Shown: positions 25,401-37,015 of the stretch, one piece after another
Layout of the letters: every line of letters begins with the position of its first letter
Numbering within the stretch: the stretch's first letter is position 1
From: Marsupella aquatica
Taxonomy: Eukaryota; Plantae; Marchantiophyta
Reading direction: 5' to 3'
Assembly: GCA_973895155.1 (NCBI GenBank)
Contig: OZ316892.1
Span: forward strand, 30,448,932 to 30,512,931
DNA: 64,000 nucleotides
The notes under the pieces: generated by a model
Told to the model about the DNA's origin: nothing
Databases searched by the model: none
The model's input: the letters and a program-made list of their open reading frames with translations, nothing else
Translations under genes and position numbers: made by a program

Positions 25401-27153
25401 GTGTCCTGTATTGTTGCCGTTGCCATTGCTGTTCTCTTTTCTCTCTCCAGCAATTTCAGCAGATTCTTCATGCCTGGTTGCTGCATCGGCAAGTCCTCCG
25501 TCCTTGGCCTAAACACCTGCTCGATTGTAGGACTGTCGGGCGGGTTGGGTTTCTCCGTTGCCGGCCTCTGTCCCGGAACCTCCTCGGGTGCCCTTGCCTG
25601 TAGGGGAAGTACCGGGGCAAAGGTCTTACTTCGGGCATACCGACACAATAGCAGCATGTGATAGCCAAGCCGGGACATGCTTCCCTTGCCGATCACCAGC
25701 TGTTCCTCCTTCAAGATCTTCTTTAGTTGAATGAGGAGGTAACCGTTGTAGTCCCGGCTTGGGTCTGGCCTCTCTGCCAGATAGACCTATGCCTTGCCGA
25801 TCTCTGGTCTCGGCCAGTTGCAATGCATGGTCACCCGCAAGAAATCGATCATCTCACCTATATGTGGGTTGGTGCAGGTGTTACGGAAGAAGCCATTCTT
25901 TGTTGAAGGCCCTGGAAACGACCTGAACTCCGTGTTTGGCAAGGTCTTCCTGGTATCTACCTTGGTCTTATTGCCCATTGGCAAGCCAAACACCTCGGCA
26001 ATCACCTGGGGAGTGAGATAGAAATCCTTCCCATACACTCGTGTGGAATTGGTCTCGGACTCCCATGATCCCACAAATTCAAGGAAGTCTGAATTCGGTA
26101 CCTCCGGCTTCAGCCACGGTAACCTTACAAAGGCTTCCAAGCCGGATCCGGCCATGAAGCCCTGATATTTCCAAGTCTGCATAGCCGTAAAGCATGCATC
26201 CTCCTCCCTTGCAAAGTGTAATTGGACCTCCTCGGGGAGGATCGCCGCCCAGCCTTTCCAGGTGTCATCTCTCGTTGGAACGGCGTTGATGGGGTCGACC
26301 TCCTCCTCCTCCTCGGCTTCTCTCTGCCTCCTGCTCTGCTGTTCGGCTGGCTTCTTTGGTGCCGCCGACCTCGTTCTTTTTGCCGGGGTGGCCCCTTCGT
26401 TGTTGTTCCCCTTTCTCTTCATCTCGGCTGCCGTGGATGTCTCTCCTAGCACGGTTGCCTTTGTCCACCCCTCTGTGCTACCCTTCAACTCCCAGTGTAT
26501 GTCGTTGCAGCGTTTGATGGCTTCGCGGATGCAGACGACTCTGTCTTCGCAAAACAGCAGGTCGTCTAGCTCGTTACCAATAGGAGTCCACAATAATTTG
26601 GCCTTGATGAGTTCTCCTCCTAAGAAGGCATCTTTCTGCAGCTCCCACAGTCGAGCGAGCTCCTGCCGTTCTTGAGCTGCTCTCTCCGATTCTTTGTCCT
26701 CGTAAGTCCCAATGTACCCAGTTGCCCGTTTGAACAGGCATCCCCAAAAATGTGCCGCTTGATTGACGTTGCTCATACCCTTCTCGAGTTGATAGTTGGT
26801 ATTTGCTCCCACCCTGAGTACCCGCCTAAGCAGTTGACAGTAGTTGGCCGCCCGTAGTTGTCTGCCCAGTTTGTGCCTGCAAATGAGCCACAACTCCTTG
26901 CGAGCGGTCCTTACCCCTCTTCTCCTCGGCGTCTCTCTTTTGGTCGTGACCCCTAGCCGCCGGCACTTAGCGTGCCCTAACCCTAATCGTGTTCTCTCCC
27001 CTAGCGTCCTCACTTCCGGCCTCGGCTTGGGTTCCATAGTCACCCTTAATTGTTTATATTTTCCTTATTTTTGTAACTATACTAATGTGTTCCTAGGGTA
27101 CTCTTCCCTTTTCCACTTTAAACTAGCCCAGTGATTCCTGGCTAGGCATCACA
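22467..27153 (-). mobile_element. Family A giant solo-LTR-like element, copy 1 (4687 bp)
   Basis: Ends TGTCGTGC...GCATCACA with 5-bp TSD GCCAT (22462-22466 and 27154-27158). No internal LTR pair, RT or integrase motifs. Confidence 0.9.
23357..26776 (-). pseudogene. Family A ORF copy 1: plant transposon-type (Transposase_32/PMD-like) domain + long coiled coil, one nonsense codon
   Basis: ORFs 25787-27043 and 23357-25714 are in the same frame, separated by one TAG (25787-25789) that is CAG in copy 2. Motif GLEAFVRLPW...FLEFVGSW...RVYGKDFYLTPQVIAEVFGLP. Start placed at MSNVNQ (26776) because of the TATA position. Confidence 0.75.
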
Positions 27154-27391
27154 GCCATGGTTGGGCTGGTATTTTGGACAGGAAGCATTGGCCTTCTAGA
27201 ATTCCTGCCGCCCACCTTCAATCTGGTTCCTTAATGTGCTCATCGCCTTCAATTTCTCTTCTGCGCCATGGTTGGGCTGGTATTTTGGTCGGGAAGCATT
27301 GGCCTTCTAGAATTCCTGCCGCCCGCCTTCAATCTAGTTCCTTAATGTGCTTGTCGCCTTCAATTTCCCTTCTGTGCCATGGTTGGGCTGG

Positions 27392-28839
27392 TATATACAT
27401 TTTTGTGCAGCCCAACGATCGCAATGCCCGGTCTTTGCGGTCTTTTTCGTGGTCTTTTTGCCATGAGTGCCCAAAAAATACCGTCCCGCCATGAACATAC
27501 AAGGAACCAACATTACAAAGCAAGTTGAGCCCCGTGCCATTCTTCAAAAGTCACTACTTTGGGAGCCCGGATAGCACTGTGGCCTTCTTCCCATACTCCC
27601 CTCGCATCAACTCTGTCCACCCTCCCTCCCCGACATATAGGGTTTATTATAGGGTTCCCTTACCCTTGCATTGTTCCTCGTGGCTCCCTCCCACGGCCCC
27701 CAATACACCAAGGGATCAACTACAATCCTGTCATCCTCCAAATGTCAACTCACATTTACGGTTCGGGGTTTACCGTTTACGGTTCAGGGTTTACCCTAGT
27801 TTTGTGTTCTTCTTGCCACGAACGCCCATAAAAGACAGTCGTGCCATGAAAATACAAAGTAAATCAATCCCCGCACCATTCTTCAAACGTCACTCCTTCG
27901 GGAGCCCGGATAGCACTGAGGCCGTCTTTCCGTACTCCCCTCGCACCAACTCTGCCCACCCTGCCATCTATCGCGTAGAGCCTCTCCATACGCTGCGGCC
28001 ACTGTGGACTGCCTCACCTCTGCCTCTCCTGGAACTTCACTCACAGGATTCACCGTCCTCTTTCTGGCCAATTCCGTAACACTCACTCATTTCCCCACCA
28101 TCTAATTTTGCGACACCCGATTCCTGGCTTTACAGCAACCAGGACGCGTGACCCTAGACCCTCAACCCACGTTCACTCCATGGGCACATCACTTGCCTTA
28201 GAGAACACGAACGCCCTCCACAAAACTATACTAGCACCACTACTGTACTAGTCCCACCTTTGCCTTCTTCCACCTCCCCGCTGCACGACTATCGCATAGA
28301 GCCTCTCCCTGTGCGGCTGGCCAGCTCACACCCGCCCAAAGTTTAGGGTTTATTAGGGTTGCCCGAACCTGGAATTACCTCAAACTCCATTCATGGCAAA
28401 AAACCAGGGCACCCCTCAGCCTTCCCTCCCAGCGGTTAGGGTTTTGTGTTTACGTGTTTAGGGTTTTCCCTAAACCCTTACCTTCTTCATCGTGGCTCCC
28501 TGCCCCGGCCTTGCACACACAAAGGGATAACTCCAATCCTGCCATTCTTGAAATGTCAACTCATGATCACAACCCCGCATAGTGCAGCAATCTCATCATG
28601 AGCCCCAGGGCACCACTCAGCCTTCCCTCCTGGCAGTTAGGGTTTTGTGTTTACAGGTTTAGGGGTTTTCCCTAAACCCTTGCCTTCTTCCACTCCCCTT
28701 TGTGCAACTATCGCATAGAGCCTCTCCCTGTGCGGCTGGCCAGCACACACCCGCCCAAAGTTTAGGGTTTATTAGGGTTGCCCAAACCTGGAATTACCTC
28801 AAACTCCATTCATGGCAGAAAACCAGGGCACCCCTCAGC
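27392..28839 (+). mobile_element. Non-coding module H2, copy 1
   Basis: Starts TATATACATTTTTGTGCAGCCC and is homologous to 29102-29645 and 35565-37015. Has internal duplications and many TTTAGGG motifs. Confidence 0.6.
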
Positions 28840-29103
28840 CTGTACATATCTTCTCCTCACTGTGCGTGCAATGAGGCCGGTCTTCTGGCCATTTCAGGGT
28901 ATTTAGGGAGCCTAGTGCACGGTCTCCTACATGCAGTGCACGGTCTTGACGTTTCAACATTTGGACTCCCATAACATTATTATTAAAACCTTTAAACTCC
29001 GCTAGTATTGATTAGGGTTACTTACGGGTGGTTACCGTAGGCTCCCATAACATTATTTTTTAAGTATTCATACACCACTAGCATTCATGGTGGCTCACTT
29101 GTA
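28840..29103 (+). mobile_element. Module H1, truncated copy 2
   Basis: Same left end as 21968 and 41468; cut off by the start of H2. Confidence 0.6.
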
Positions 29104-29645
29104 TATACATTTTTGTGCAGCCCAGCAATCACAATGCCCGGTCTTTTTCGTGGTCTTTTTGCCACGAGTGCCCGAAAAAGACCATCCCGCCATGAAAATA
29201 CAAAGGAACCAACATTACAAAGCAAGTCGATCCCCGCGCCATTCATTAAAACTCACTGCTTTGGGAGCCCGGATAGCACTGCGGCCTTCTTTCCATACTC
29301 CCCTCGCATCAACTCTGCCCACCCTCCCTCCCCGTCATTTAGGGTTTATTTTAGGGTTCCCTTACCCTTGTGCTGTTCCTCGTGGCTCCCTCCCACGGCC
29401 CCCTAAAATACAAAGGAACCAACATTACAAAGCAAGTCAATCCCCGCGCCATTCTTCAAAACTCATTGCTTCGGGAGCCCGGATAGCACTAAGGCCTTCT
29501 TCCCATACTCCCCTCGCATCAACTCTGCCCACCCTCCCTCCCCGTCATTTAGGGTTTATTTTAGGGTTCCCTTACCCTTGGGCTGTTCCTCGTGGCTCCT
29601 TCCCACGGCCCCCAATTCACCAACGGATCAACTACAATCTTGTCA
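29102..29645 (+). mobile_element. Module H2, truncated copy 2 with an internal duplication of about 210 bp
   Basis: aaatacaaaggaaccaacattacaaagc occurs at about 29196 and about 29406. Confidence 0.6.
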
Positions 29646-29932
29646 TCCTATATATATTATCCGCGCACTACACGTGCAATGTGCACGGCCGCCCGGCCGG
29701 TTTTTGCACCCAATACAAGGCTAGTGCACGGCCGCCCCCATGCAATGCACGGCCGGATTTTGCACTAAACAGACCACAACTGCACAACAAAGTCGGATCT
29801 CAACCCACTACTAAACCCACTGTGACCCACGCGACCAGCCCTCTGCAACCATGCCCATTTATGGCGCAAACCCATATACCCAAACCCTCAGCCGTGCGCA
29901 TGCACGGTATAATACAGCCGATCACAGTCTAG
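29646..29932 (+). mobile_element. Mini-Helitron H3, copy 1
   Basis: 5' A|TCCTATATATA, 3' hairpin CCGTGC-gcat-GCACGG (29892-29907), then CTAG|T (29929-29932). Confidence 0.65.
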
Positions 29933-29990
29933 TACATAAGCCGTATATTACATAGTCACCATAATTTCTCTAGCTTGACCTCATACCAAG

Positions 29991-32900
29991 TGTGGTGCGT
30001 CCCATGGCTCCCTAAACCCAAGAAACCCCCCAGCACAAGCCGATTCCCGCAGGTTTCACACTTGGCGGGGCCATTTCCTCGGCTTAGCGGCATGGGACGC
30101 TGCTAACCTCCTTCTACTACTACTATTAACATTTTACACACATATACTGGACAGATCCTTCATCGGGTCATGAGATATGTAGCCGGCCTACTCTAGGCCT
30201 TCCCTTGTCTTCCTCTCCTTCTGGTTAGGTATATTTGGATTCCGCCGCCGGAATGATCCCCAATAGGCTTGGTTAAGCCGCTAAGACCTCTCTCAGCTCG
30301 ACACATCCAACTCTCACTCCCTTGCTTACTTTCCTTCTCCTATTAGTTGATGTGGGCACTCTTCACACAAGTTAATGCGACACACAAATAGTAAAATGAC
30401 TCCTTCTGACTGAGTCATACCATGCACTTGCCATACAAACAGTACATCTCATACACAAGCTTTGCGAACTAAGCCGTGAGGCCAACTCTATTCAGCTGTT
30501 AGGCATGAGGAAACATGAATATACACAAGGTCACTGTATGACTAACCGAGAGCTTCTCTTACTACTTGATCCCAGCCCGGCTGGTGCAAACTAAAAACTT
30601 GCTAAAGAAGAGGCCCTGAGCTCCCCGCAGCCCAGGTACTTATCCTGGTAGCGGATCCGCCTAATTCTTTGCAGCGTAAGCCTAATCTACCTAACAGAAT
30701 CTACCTGCCCGGATCTACCTATGTACAGCAAGGCAGGGGCACAAGTGTTGCTCCTACCAGTGGAACTGCAATCCCACTAAGCTAAGTGTCAGGGCCGCTC
30801 CTGGTCCTGATCCTAATTTTAAACTTGGAGATCAGCGCCCGCCCTGCCCACTCACGCCTCCAACCTCCACGTCAGCCCTTCCTAAAAGGAACGACACCCT
30901 TGCACCGTCACGACACCGGTGGTGGATCCCCAATGGACGCCCCCAACGCTTCCTCCTCAGCCACTGCCGTTGGCCCATCTACTGACAGATTACCTGCCCT
31001 TGACTGAGTCAACTCTCCATCGGCCTGACTGGGCCCACCCTCGGCCTCGGCATCGGCTCGGGAATCATTCTCGGCTACGGCCTCAGCCTCGGCTTCGGCC
31101 TCAGCTTTGGCCACTGTCTCCCCGGCTTGCTCAAGGGGTGGATCTGGGATACCGGCCTCATTACTGAGTAGCTCGGCTTGGGCCGCGCCATCCCCACCTT
31201 TGGTGATAGCGGAATCTATTGTTGTGTTCATGCCGGAGGTTGGTGCCGGTTTGAGTACGGCTTGAGGGGTCGAATAACCTCCGGACCCCGAAGGTTTTCG
31301 CTTCTTCTTCTTCACTATCTCCACAGCTGGTTCCTTCCCTTTGCCGCCCACGTTTGGCACCGGGCCGTGTGTCACGGTTGGTCCTTCGGCAATTACCACC
31401 CCTGGTAACTGGTTCGCCCCAACGGGAGATGGTCCTGCTGCAGCTAAGCATTTAAATACTACGGCTTGTTTCATCAGCCGCTCTGTTTGGTTGTCGGCCC
31501 GCCGCTGTAGGTTCTCCATCTTCCTCGTGATTTCCTCCAACTCCTCCTGGGTCTCATCCAGGTCCTTACGTGCCCCCTCCAGCTCGTTTTTGGCCTCCTC
31601 CTGCTCCCTGTGGGCTTCCTCCAACTCCTTTTTCAAGGTAGCCCTCTCCTCCTGGGTTGCTCTAAGCTCTTTGTCGAGCTCTGTCATGATCTCAGACTCC
31701 ATTTTATTCATCTTGGCATAAGTCTGATCGAGCATATTGTCCTTCTCCCTTAGGTCGGCCTTGAAGCTGGCCGTTAGGGACGCAAGCTCCTGCTGCAGCG
31801 CAATAATCCCTTGATAGGATTTCCCTAACTCGGCCTCCTTCTGCTCAAGGGCTCCGCGGATTTTCTCGAGCTCCCCCTTCAACGCCCATTCCTTTCTTTG
31901 GGTCTCCACCATGACCCGGTTGTTGACTGCTATATGGGCCTCCTCAGCGTCTCTCAGCTCCTTCTTCCATTTCTCCCTGTCCTTGATTGCGTCGGCCAAT
32001 TCTCCCTGGGTCTGAGTCAATTTATCCTTGATAATCTGACCATCAGCCTGTGCTATGTCCAACTGCCCCTGCATGATGTTCAGCTCATGCCGCTTAATCC
32101 GCAGTTCATCTTGGGCTTTCTTGGCCGCCCTTAGTTCTTCAATCTCGGCTTCCATCCTTCTAAGCCGTCGGATGACCTCGTCCTTCTTGCTTCTCTCTAA
32201 AGCCACCGCTTCATCTAATTGGTGCTTCTCCAACTGCTCCCTATGGAAAAAGGGTCCTACCTCCAACTCCTCCCCAAAGATGCCGAGCGCAAGTTCCCCA
32301 CACATCTCACCATATTCCATGGCTCTATTCTTAGCGTAGGTGGAGTAAGTAGAAGTGATCGGCATCGTCCATCGCGGCCTCTGCTCCCAAGCCGTCTTGC
32401 GGATCTCTTCAATTGTGGCTAGAGGTTTGCTTCCTTTTTTGGCTAGCCGCCTGATGTCCTCCGGCCAGTCTCCTCTTGGTAAATCCTTTTCCCTAGCCAA
32501 GGCTGCCTCCTCTTCCTGCCTGATTCGCTCCTGAAATTCCTGTGCCGTCTGTTTTATGCCGTCAAAGCTCGGGGGAGCAACATCTGGTGGGGGAGACTCA
32601 GGGCTACTCTGCTGGTTGGGGTCCCCTCATACTACCCTTGGAAGTGTGGGGATAAACCGGCCACAGGTCCTTACTCCTGGAACGTGATGGTCCGACCCAT
32701 AGCCGGAGTTATCATGGCTGCAGTCCTCCACTATCTCCTCTACTTCTTGGACTTCCGGCTTCTCCGTCTCTTCTTCGTCGATAGGAGCTTCAGGCAAGTC
32801 TTCCTCAGATTCAGAGCTTGAGACTCCTACGTACATTCGAACACCCGGCTTGGATTCTGGCCTGATTCTCTCCTTATTTCCGGTAAAGGGGTTTTCCCTT

Positions 32901-34685
32901 GTAAGTCTGCTTAGGTTGACCTCTGGGGCAATGTCCTGCATTGTTGCCGTTGCCGTTGTCGTTGTCGTTCTCTTTTCTTTCTCCAGTAGTTTCAGCAGAT
33001 TCTGCATGCCTGGTTGCTGCATCGGCAAGTCTTCCTTCCTTGGCCTAAACACCTGCTCAATCGTAGGGCTGACAGGTGGTTGAGGCTTCTCTGCTACCGG
33101 CCTCGGTGCTGGCGCTTCCTCGGGTGTCCTTACCTGTAGGGGAAGTACTGGGGCAAAGGTCTGACCTCTGGCATACCGGCACAATAGCGGCATGTGATAG
33201 GCAAGCCGCGACACGCTCCCCATGCCGATTACCTGTTGCTCCTCCTTTAAGATCTTCTTCAATTGGTTGAGGAGGTACCCGTTGTAGTCCCGGCTTGGGT
33301 CTGGCCTCTCTGCCAGATAGACCTGTGCCTTGCCGATCTCTGCCCTCGGCAAGTTACAATGCATGGTTACCCGCAAGAAGTCGATCATCTCTCCTATGTG
33401 CGGGTTGGTACAGGTGTTCCGGAAGAAGCCATTCTTCGTTGATGGCCCGGGGAACGACCGGAACTCTTTGTCAGGCAAGGTCTTCCTGGTATCAACCTTG
33501 GTCTTATTGCCTATCGGCAAGCCAAACACTTCGGCAATTACCTTGGGAGTAAGATAGAAATCCTTCCCATATATCCTCGTGCAATTGGTCTCGGGTTCCC
33601 ATGACCCCACGAATTCTAATAGGTCTGACTCCGGCACCTCCGGCTTCAACCATGGTAATCTTACAAAGGCCTCTAAGCCGGATCCAGCCATGAAGCCTTG
33701 GTACTTCTTGGTCTGCATGGGCGTAAAGCATGCATCCTCCTCCCGTGCAAAATGTAGTTGCACCTCCACTGGTAGAGTTGTCGCCCAGCCCTTCCAGGTG
33801 TCATCCCTGGTTGGAATGGCATTAATGGGATCGACCTCCTCCTCTTCGGCTTCTCCCTGCCTCCCGCTCTGCTGCTCGGCTGGCTTCTTTGGTGCCGCCG
33901 ACCTCATTCTTTTTGCCGGGGTGGCTTCATCGATGACGGCTCCCTTCCTTTTCATCTTGGCTGCCGTGGAGGTTTCTCCTAGCACCGTTGCCTGGGTCCA
34001 CCTTTCCGTGCTACCCTTCAATTCCCAGTGTATGTCGTTGCAGTTCTTGATGGCCTCTCGAATGCCGATGATTCTATCTTCGCAAAACAGAAGATCATCG
34101 AGCTGATTGGAAGTAGGAGTCCACAAGAACTCGGCCTTGATGAGTTCGCCTCCTAAGAAAGCCGTTTTCTGCAGCTCCCACAATCGAGCGAGCTCCTGTC
34201 GTTCTCGAGCTGCCCTTTCTGATTCTTCGTCCTCGTAAGTCTTGATGTACTCAGTTGCCCGTTCGAACAGGCAACCCCAGAAATGTGCCGCTTGATTGAC
34301 GTTGCTCATACCCTCCTTAGGTCGATCGTTGGTATCTACTCTCTCCCCGAGTGCTTGCCTAAGCAGCTGACAGTAGTTGGCCTCCCGTAGTCGTCTACCG
34401 AGTTCGTGCCTGCAAATGAGCCACAACTCCTCGCGAGCTGCCCTTACCCCTCTCCTCTTCCGGTCCTTCCTCCCGTTGATCCTTCCTAGCTGCCAACGCT
34501 TAGCGCGCCCTAACCCTAATCGAGTTCTCTCCCTTGGCGTCCTTACTTCCGGCCTCGGCTCGGGTTCCATAGTTGCCCCTAATTGTTTATATTTTCCTTG
34601 TTTTGTCCCTATACTAAGGTGTTTCCAGGGTGCATTCCTGCTTTACCCACTCAACTGGCCGAGTGATTCCTGGCTAGGCATCACA
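29991..34685 (-). mobile_element. Family A giant solo-LTR-like element, copy 2 (4695 bp)
   Basis: Ends TGTGGTGC...GCATCACA with 5-bp TSD CCAAG (29986-29990 and 34686-34690). Colinear with copy 1 over its full length. Confidence 0.9.
30908..34309 (-). pseudogene. Family A ORF copy 2, one nonsense codon
   Basis: ORFs 32627-34570 and 30908-32500 are in frame, separated by one TGA (32627-32629) that is CGA in copy 1. Confidence 0.75.
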
Positions 34686-34724
34686 CCAAGACCGGGGGGG
34701 GCAGAGGGGAAAAACGACTGCACC

Positions 34725-35080
34725 ACATGATTTCTGTTTTTGGGGTACCTGTAAAAAAAGTGCTATCTGAGCAAGTAAAACCCATAGTTTTCAATTTTGG
34801 GGGGAACCTGTAAAAAAACGTGCTATCTGGAGCGCGCACACCCATGTTTACTATTTTTGGGGTACTTTTCCAAAAATGTGCTATTTGAGCACGTAAAACC
34901 CAGGTTATCAATTTTGGGGGGAACTTGTCAGAAAGAGTGTACTATCTGAGCATGCACTCCATGTTTCTATTTTTTGGGGTGCGTGCACACCGAACAATGC
35001 AAGGCAATTTAGGGTTTAGGGTTTACTCGGCTTTGGGGTTTAGGGTTTAGGGTTTACTCGGCTTTGGGTTTTAGGGTTTT
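34725..35080. repeat. About 60-bp degenerate tandem repeat x4-5 followed by interstitial telomere-like repeats
   Basis: ttttgggg..acctgtaaaaaa.gtgctatctgagc units, then tttagggtttagggtttactcggc twice (35008-35080). Confidence 0.8.
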
Positions 35081-35271
35081 GCGTTCTCAACATGCTCCGG
35101 GCACCGCCAGCTGTTCACCCCACATGTACGCATTGTCCATACCATCCATGGCGGGGTAGTACCACGGATGGGATGCGCGCAATGTCACGCACAAGAAAGC
35201 TTTGTACACCAACACATTTCTACGCAGTGTACGGCCGGCCCCATGCAATGCACGGCCGGCTTTCCACCTAA

Positions 35272-35546
35272 TCCTATATATATTATCCGCGCACTACACG
35301 TGCAATGTGCACGGCCGCCCGGCCGGTTTTTGCACCCAATACAAGGCTAGTGCATGCAATGCACAGCCGGATTTTGCACTAAACAGACCACAACTGCACA
35401 ACAAAGTCGGATCTCAACCAACTACTAAACCCACTGTGACCCACGCGACCAGCCCTCTGCAACCATGCCCATTTATGGCGCAAACCCATATACCCAAACC
35501 CTCAGCCGTGCGGAGGCACGGTATAATACAGCCGATCACAGTCTAG
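35272..35546 (+). mobile_element. Mini-Helitron H3, copy 2
   Basis: A|TCCTATATATA start, hairpin CCGTGC-ggag-GCACGG, CTAG|T at 35543-35546. Confidence 0.65.
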
Positions 35547-35564
35547 TACATAAGCCGTATATTA

Positions 35565-37015
35565 TATATACATTTTTGTGCAGCCCAGCGATCGCAATGC
35601 CCGGTCTTTGTGGTTTTTTTCATGGTCTTTTTGCCACAAGTGCCCGTAAAAGACCGTCCCGCCATGAAAATACAAAGGAACCAACATTACAAAGCAAGTC
35701 GATCCCCGCGCCATTCTTCAAAAGTCACTGCTTTGGGAGCCCGGATAGCACTGCGGCCTTCTTCCCATACTCCCCTCGCATCAACTCTGCCCACCCTCCC
35801 TCCCCGTCATTTAGGGTTTATGATAGGGTTCCCTTACCCTTGCGTTGTTCCTCGTGGCTCCCTCCCACGGCCCCCTATACACCAAGGGATCAACTACAAT
35901 CCTGTCATCCTCCAAATGCCAACTCACGTTTACGGTTTGGGGTTTACTGTTTACATTTCAGGGTTTACCGCTTACGATTTAGGGTTTACCCTAGTTTTGT
36001 GTTCTTCTTGCCACGAACGCGACAGTCGTGCCATGAAAATACAAAGTTAATCAATCCCCGCACCATACTGCTTCGGGTTCCCGGATAGCACTGCCGCCAT
36101 CTTCCCGTACTCCCCTCGCACCAACTCTGCCCATCCTGCCATCTATCACATAGAGCCTCTCCATACGCTGCGGCCACTGCGGACTGCCTCACCCCTAAAC
36201 CCTAAACCCTAAACCCTAAACTCCTGGAACTCACTCATGGGATTCACCTCTTTCTGGCCAAATCCGTTGCACTCGGTCATTTCCCCGCCATCTAATTTTG
36301 CAACACCCGATTCATGGGTTTACAGCAACCAGGACGCGTGACCCTAGACCCTCAACCCATGTTCACTCCATGGGCACAGCACTCGCCTTAGAGAACACAA
36401 ACGCCCTCCACAAAACTATACTAGCACCACTACTGAACTAGTCCCACCTTGCCTTCTTCCACCTCCCTGCTGCACGACTATCGTGTAGAGCCTCTCCCCG
36501 TGTGGCTGGCCAGCTCACACCCGCCCGAAGTTTAGGGTTTATTAGGGTTGCGTGAACCTGGAATTACCTCAAACTCCATTCATGGCAGAAAACCAGGGCA
36601 CCCCTCAGCCTTCCCTCCCGGCGGTTAGGGTTTAGGGTTTACGTGTTTAGGGTTTTCCCTAAACCCTTACCTTCTTCGCCGTGGCTCCCTGCCCTGGCCT
36701 CACGCACACAAAGGGATAACTCCAATCCTGCCATTCTTGAAATGTCAACTCATGATCACAACCCCGCATAGTGCAGCAATCTCATCACGAGCCCCAATGG
36801 TATCAAACTAGGGCACCACTCAGCCTTCCCTCCTAGCACTTAGGGTTTTGTGTTTACGGGTTTAGGGAAAATCCCTAAACCCTTCCCTTCTTCGTTGTGG
36901 CTCCCTGTCCCGGCCATGCAAACACAAAGGGATGAACTCTGATCCTGCCATTCTCGAAATGTCAACTCATGATCACGACACCCCACATAGTGCGGTGATC
37001 CCACCACGAGCCCTG
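35565..37015 (+). mobile_element. Module H2, copy 3, containing (CCCTAAA)4
   Basis: Homologous to 27392-28700, with an extra telomeric tract at about 36193-36220 that copy 1 lacks. Confidence 0.6.

Larger units (their letters stand above)
21968..27394 (+). mobile_element. Non-coding module H1, copy 1 (Helitron-like), interrupted by family A element
   Basis: Starts CTGTACATATCTTCTCCGCACAGCGCGTGCAATG and is homologous to copies at 28840, 38242 and 41468. The host repeat ttcccttctgcgccat|ggttgggctgg resumes after the insert. Confidence 0.6.

Noticed and set aside
23359-26857. Many plus-strand ORFs opposite the family A/B genes, and ORFs inside H1/H2 modules and satellites
   Set aside because: Antisense shadows of GC-rich coding sequence or translations of repeats; not independent genes.
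22467-27153. Complete LTR retrotransposon, TRIM or autonomous Ginger element
   Set aside because: No paired direct repeats, no internal PBS/PPT arrangement, no RT or integrase motifs, and the inverted termini are only about 8 bp.
29943-29952. TATATTAC resembling a geminivirus/nanovirus origin nonanucleotide
   Set aside because: Not a full match, not in a stem-loop, absent from the sister copy, and no Rep gene is present.
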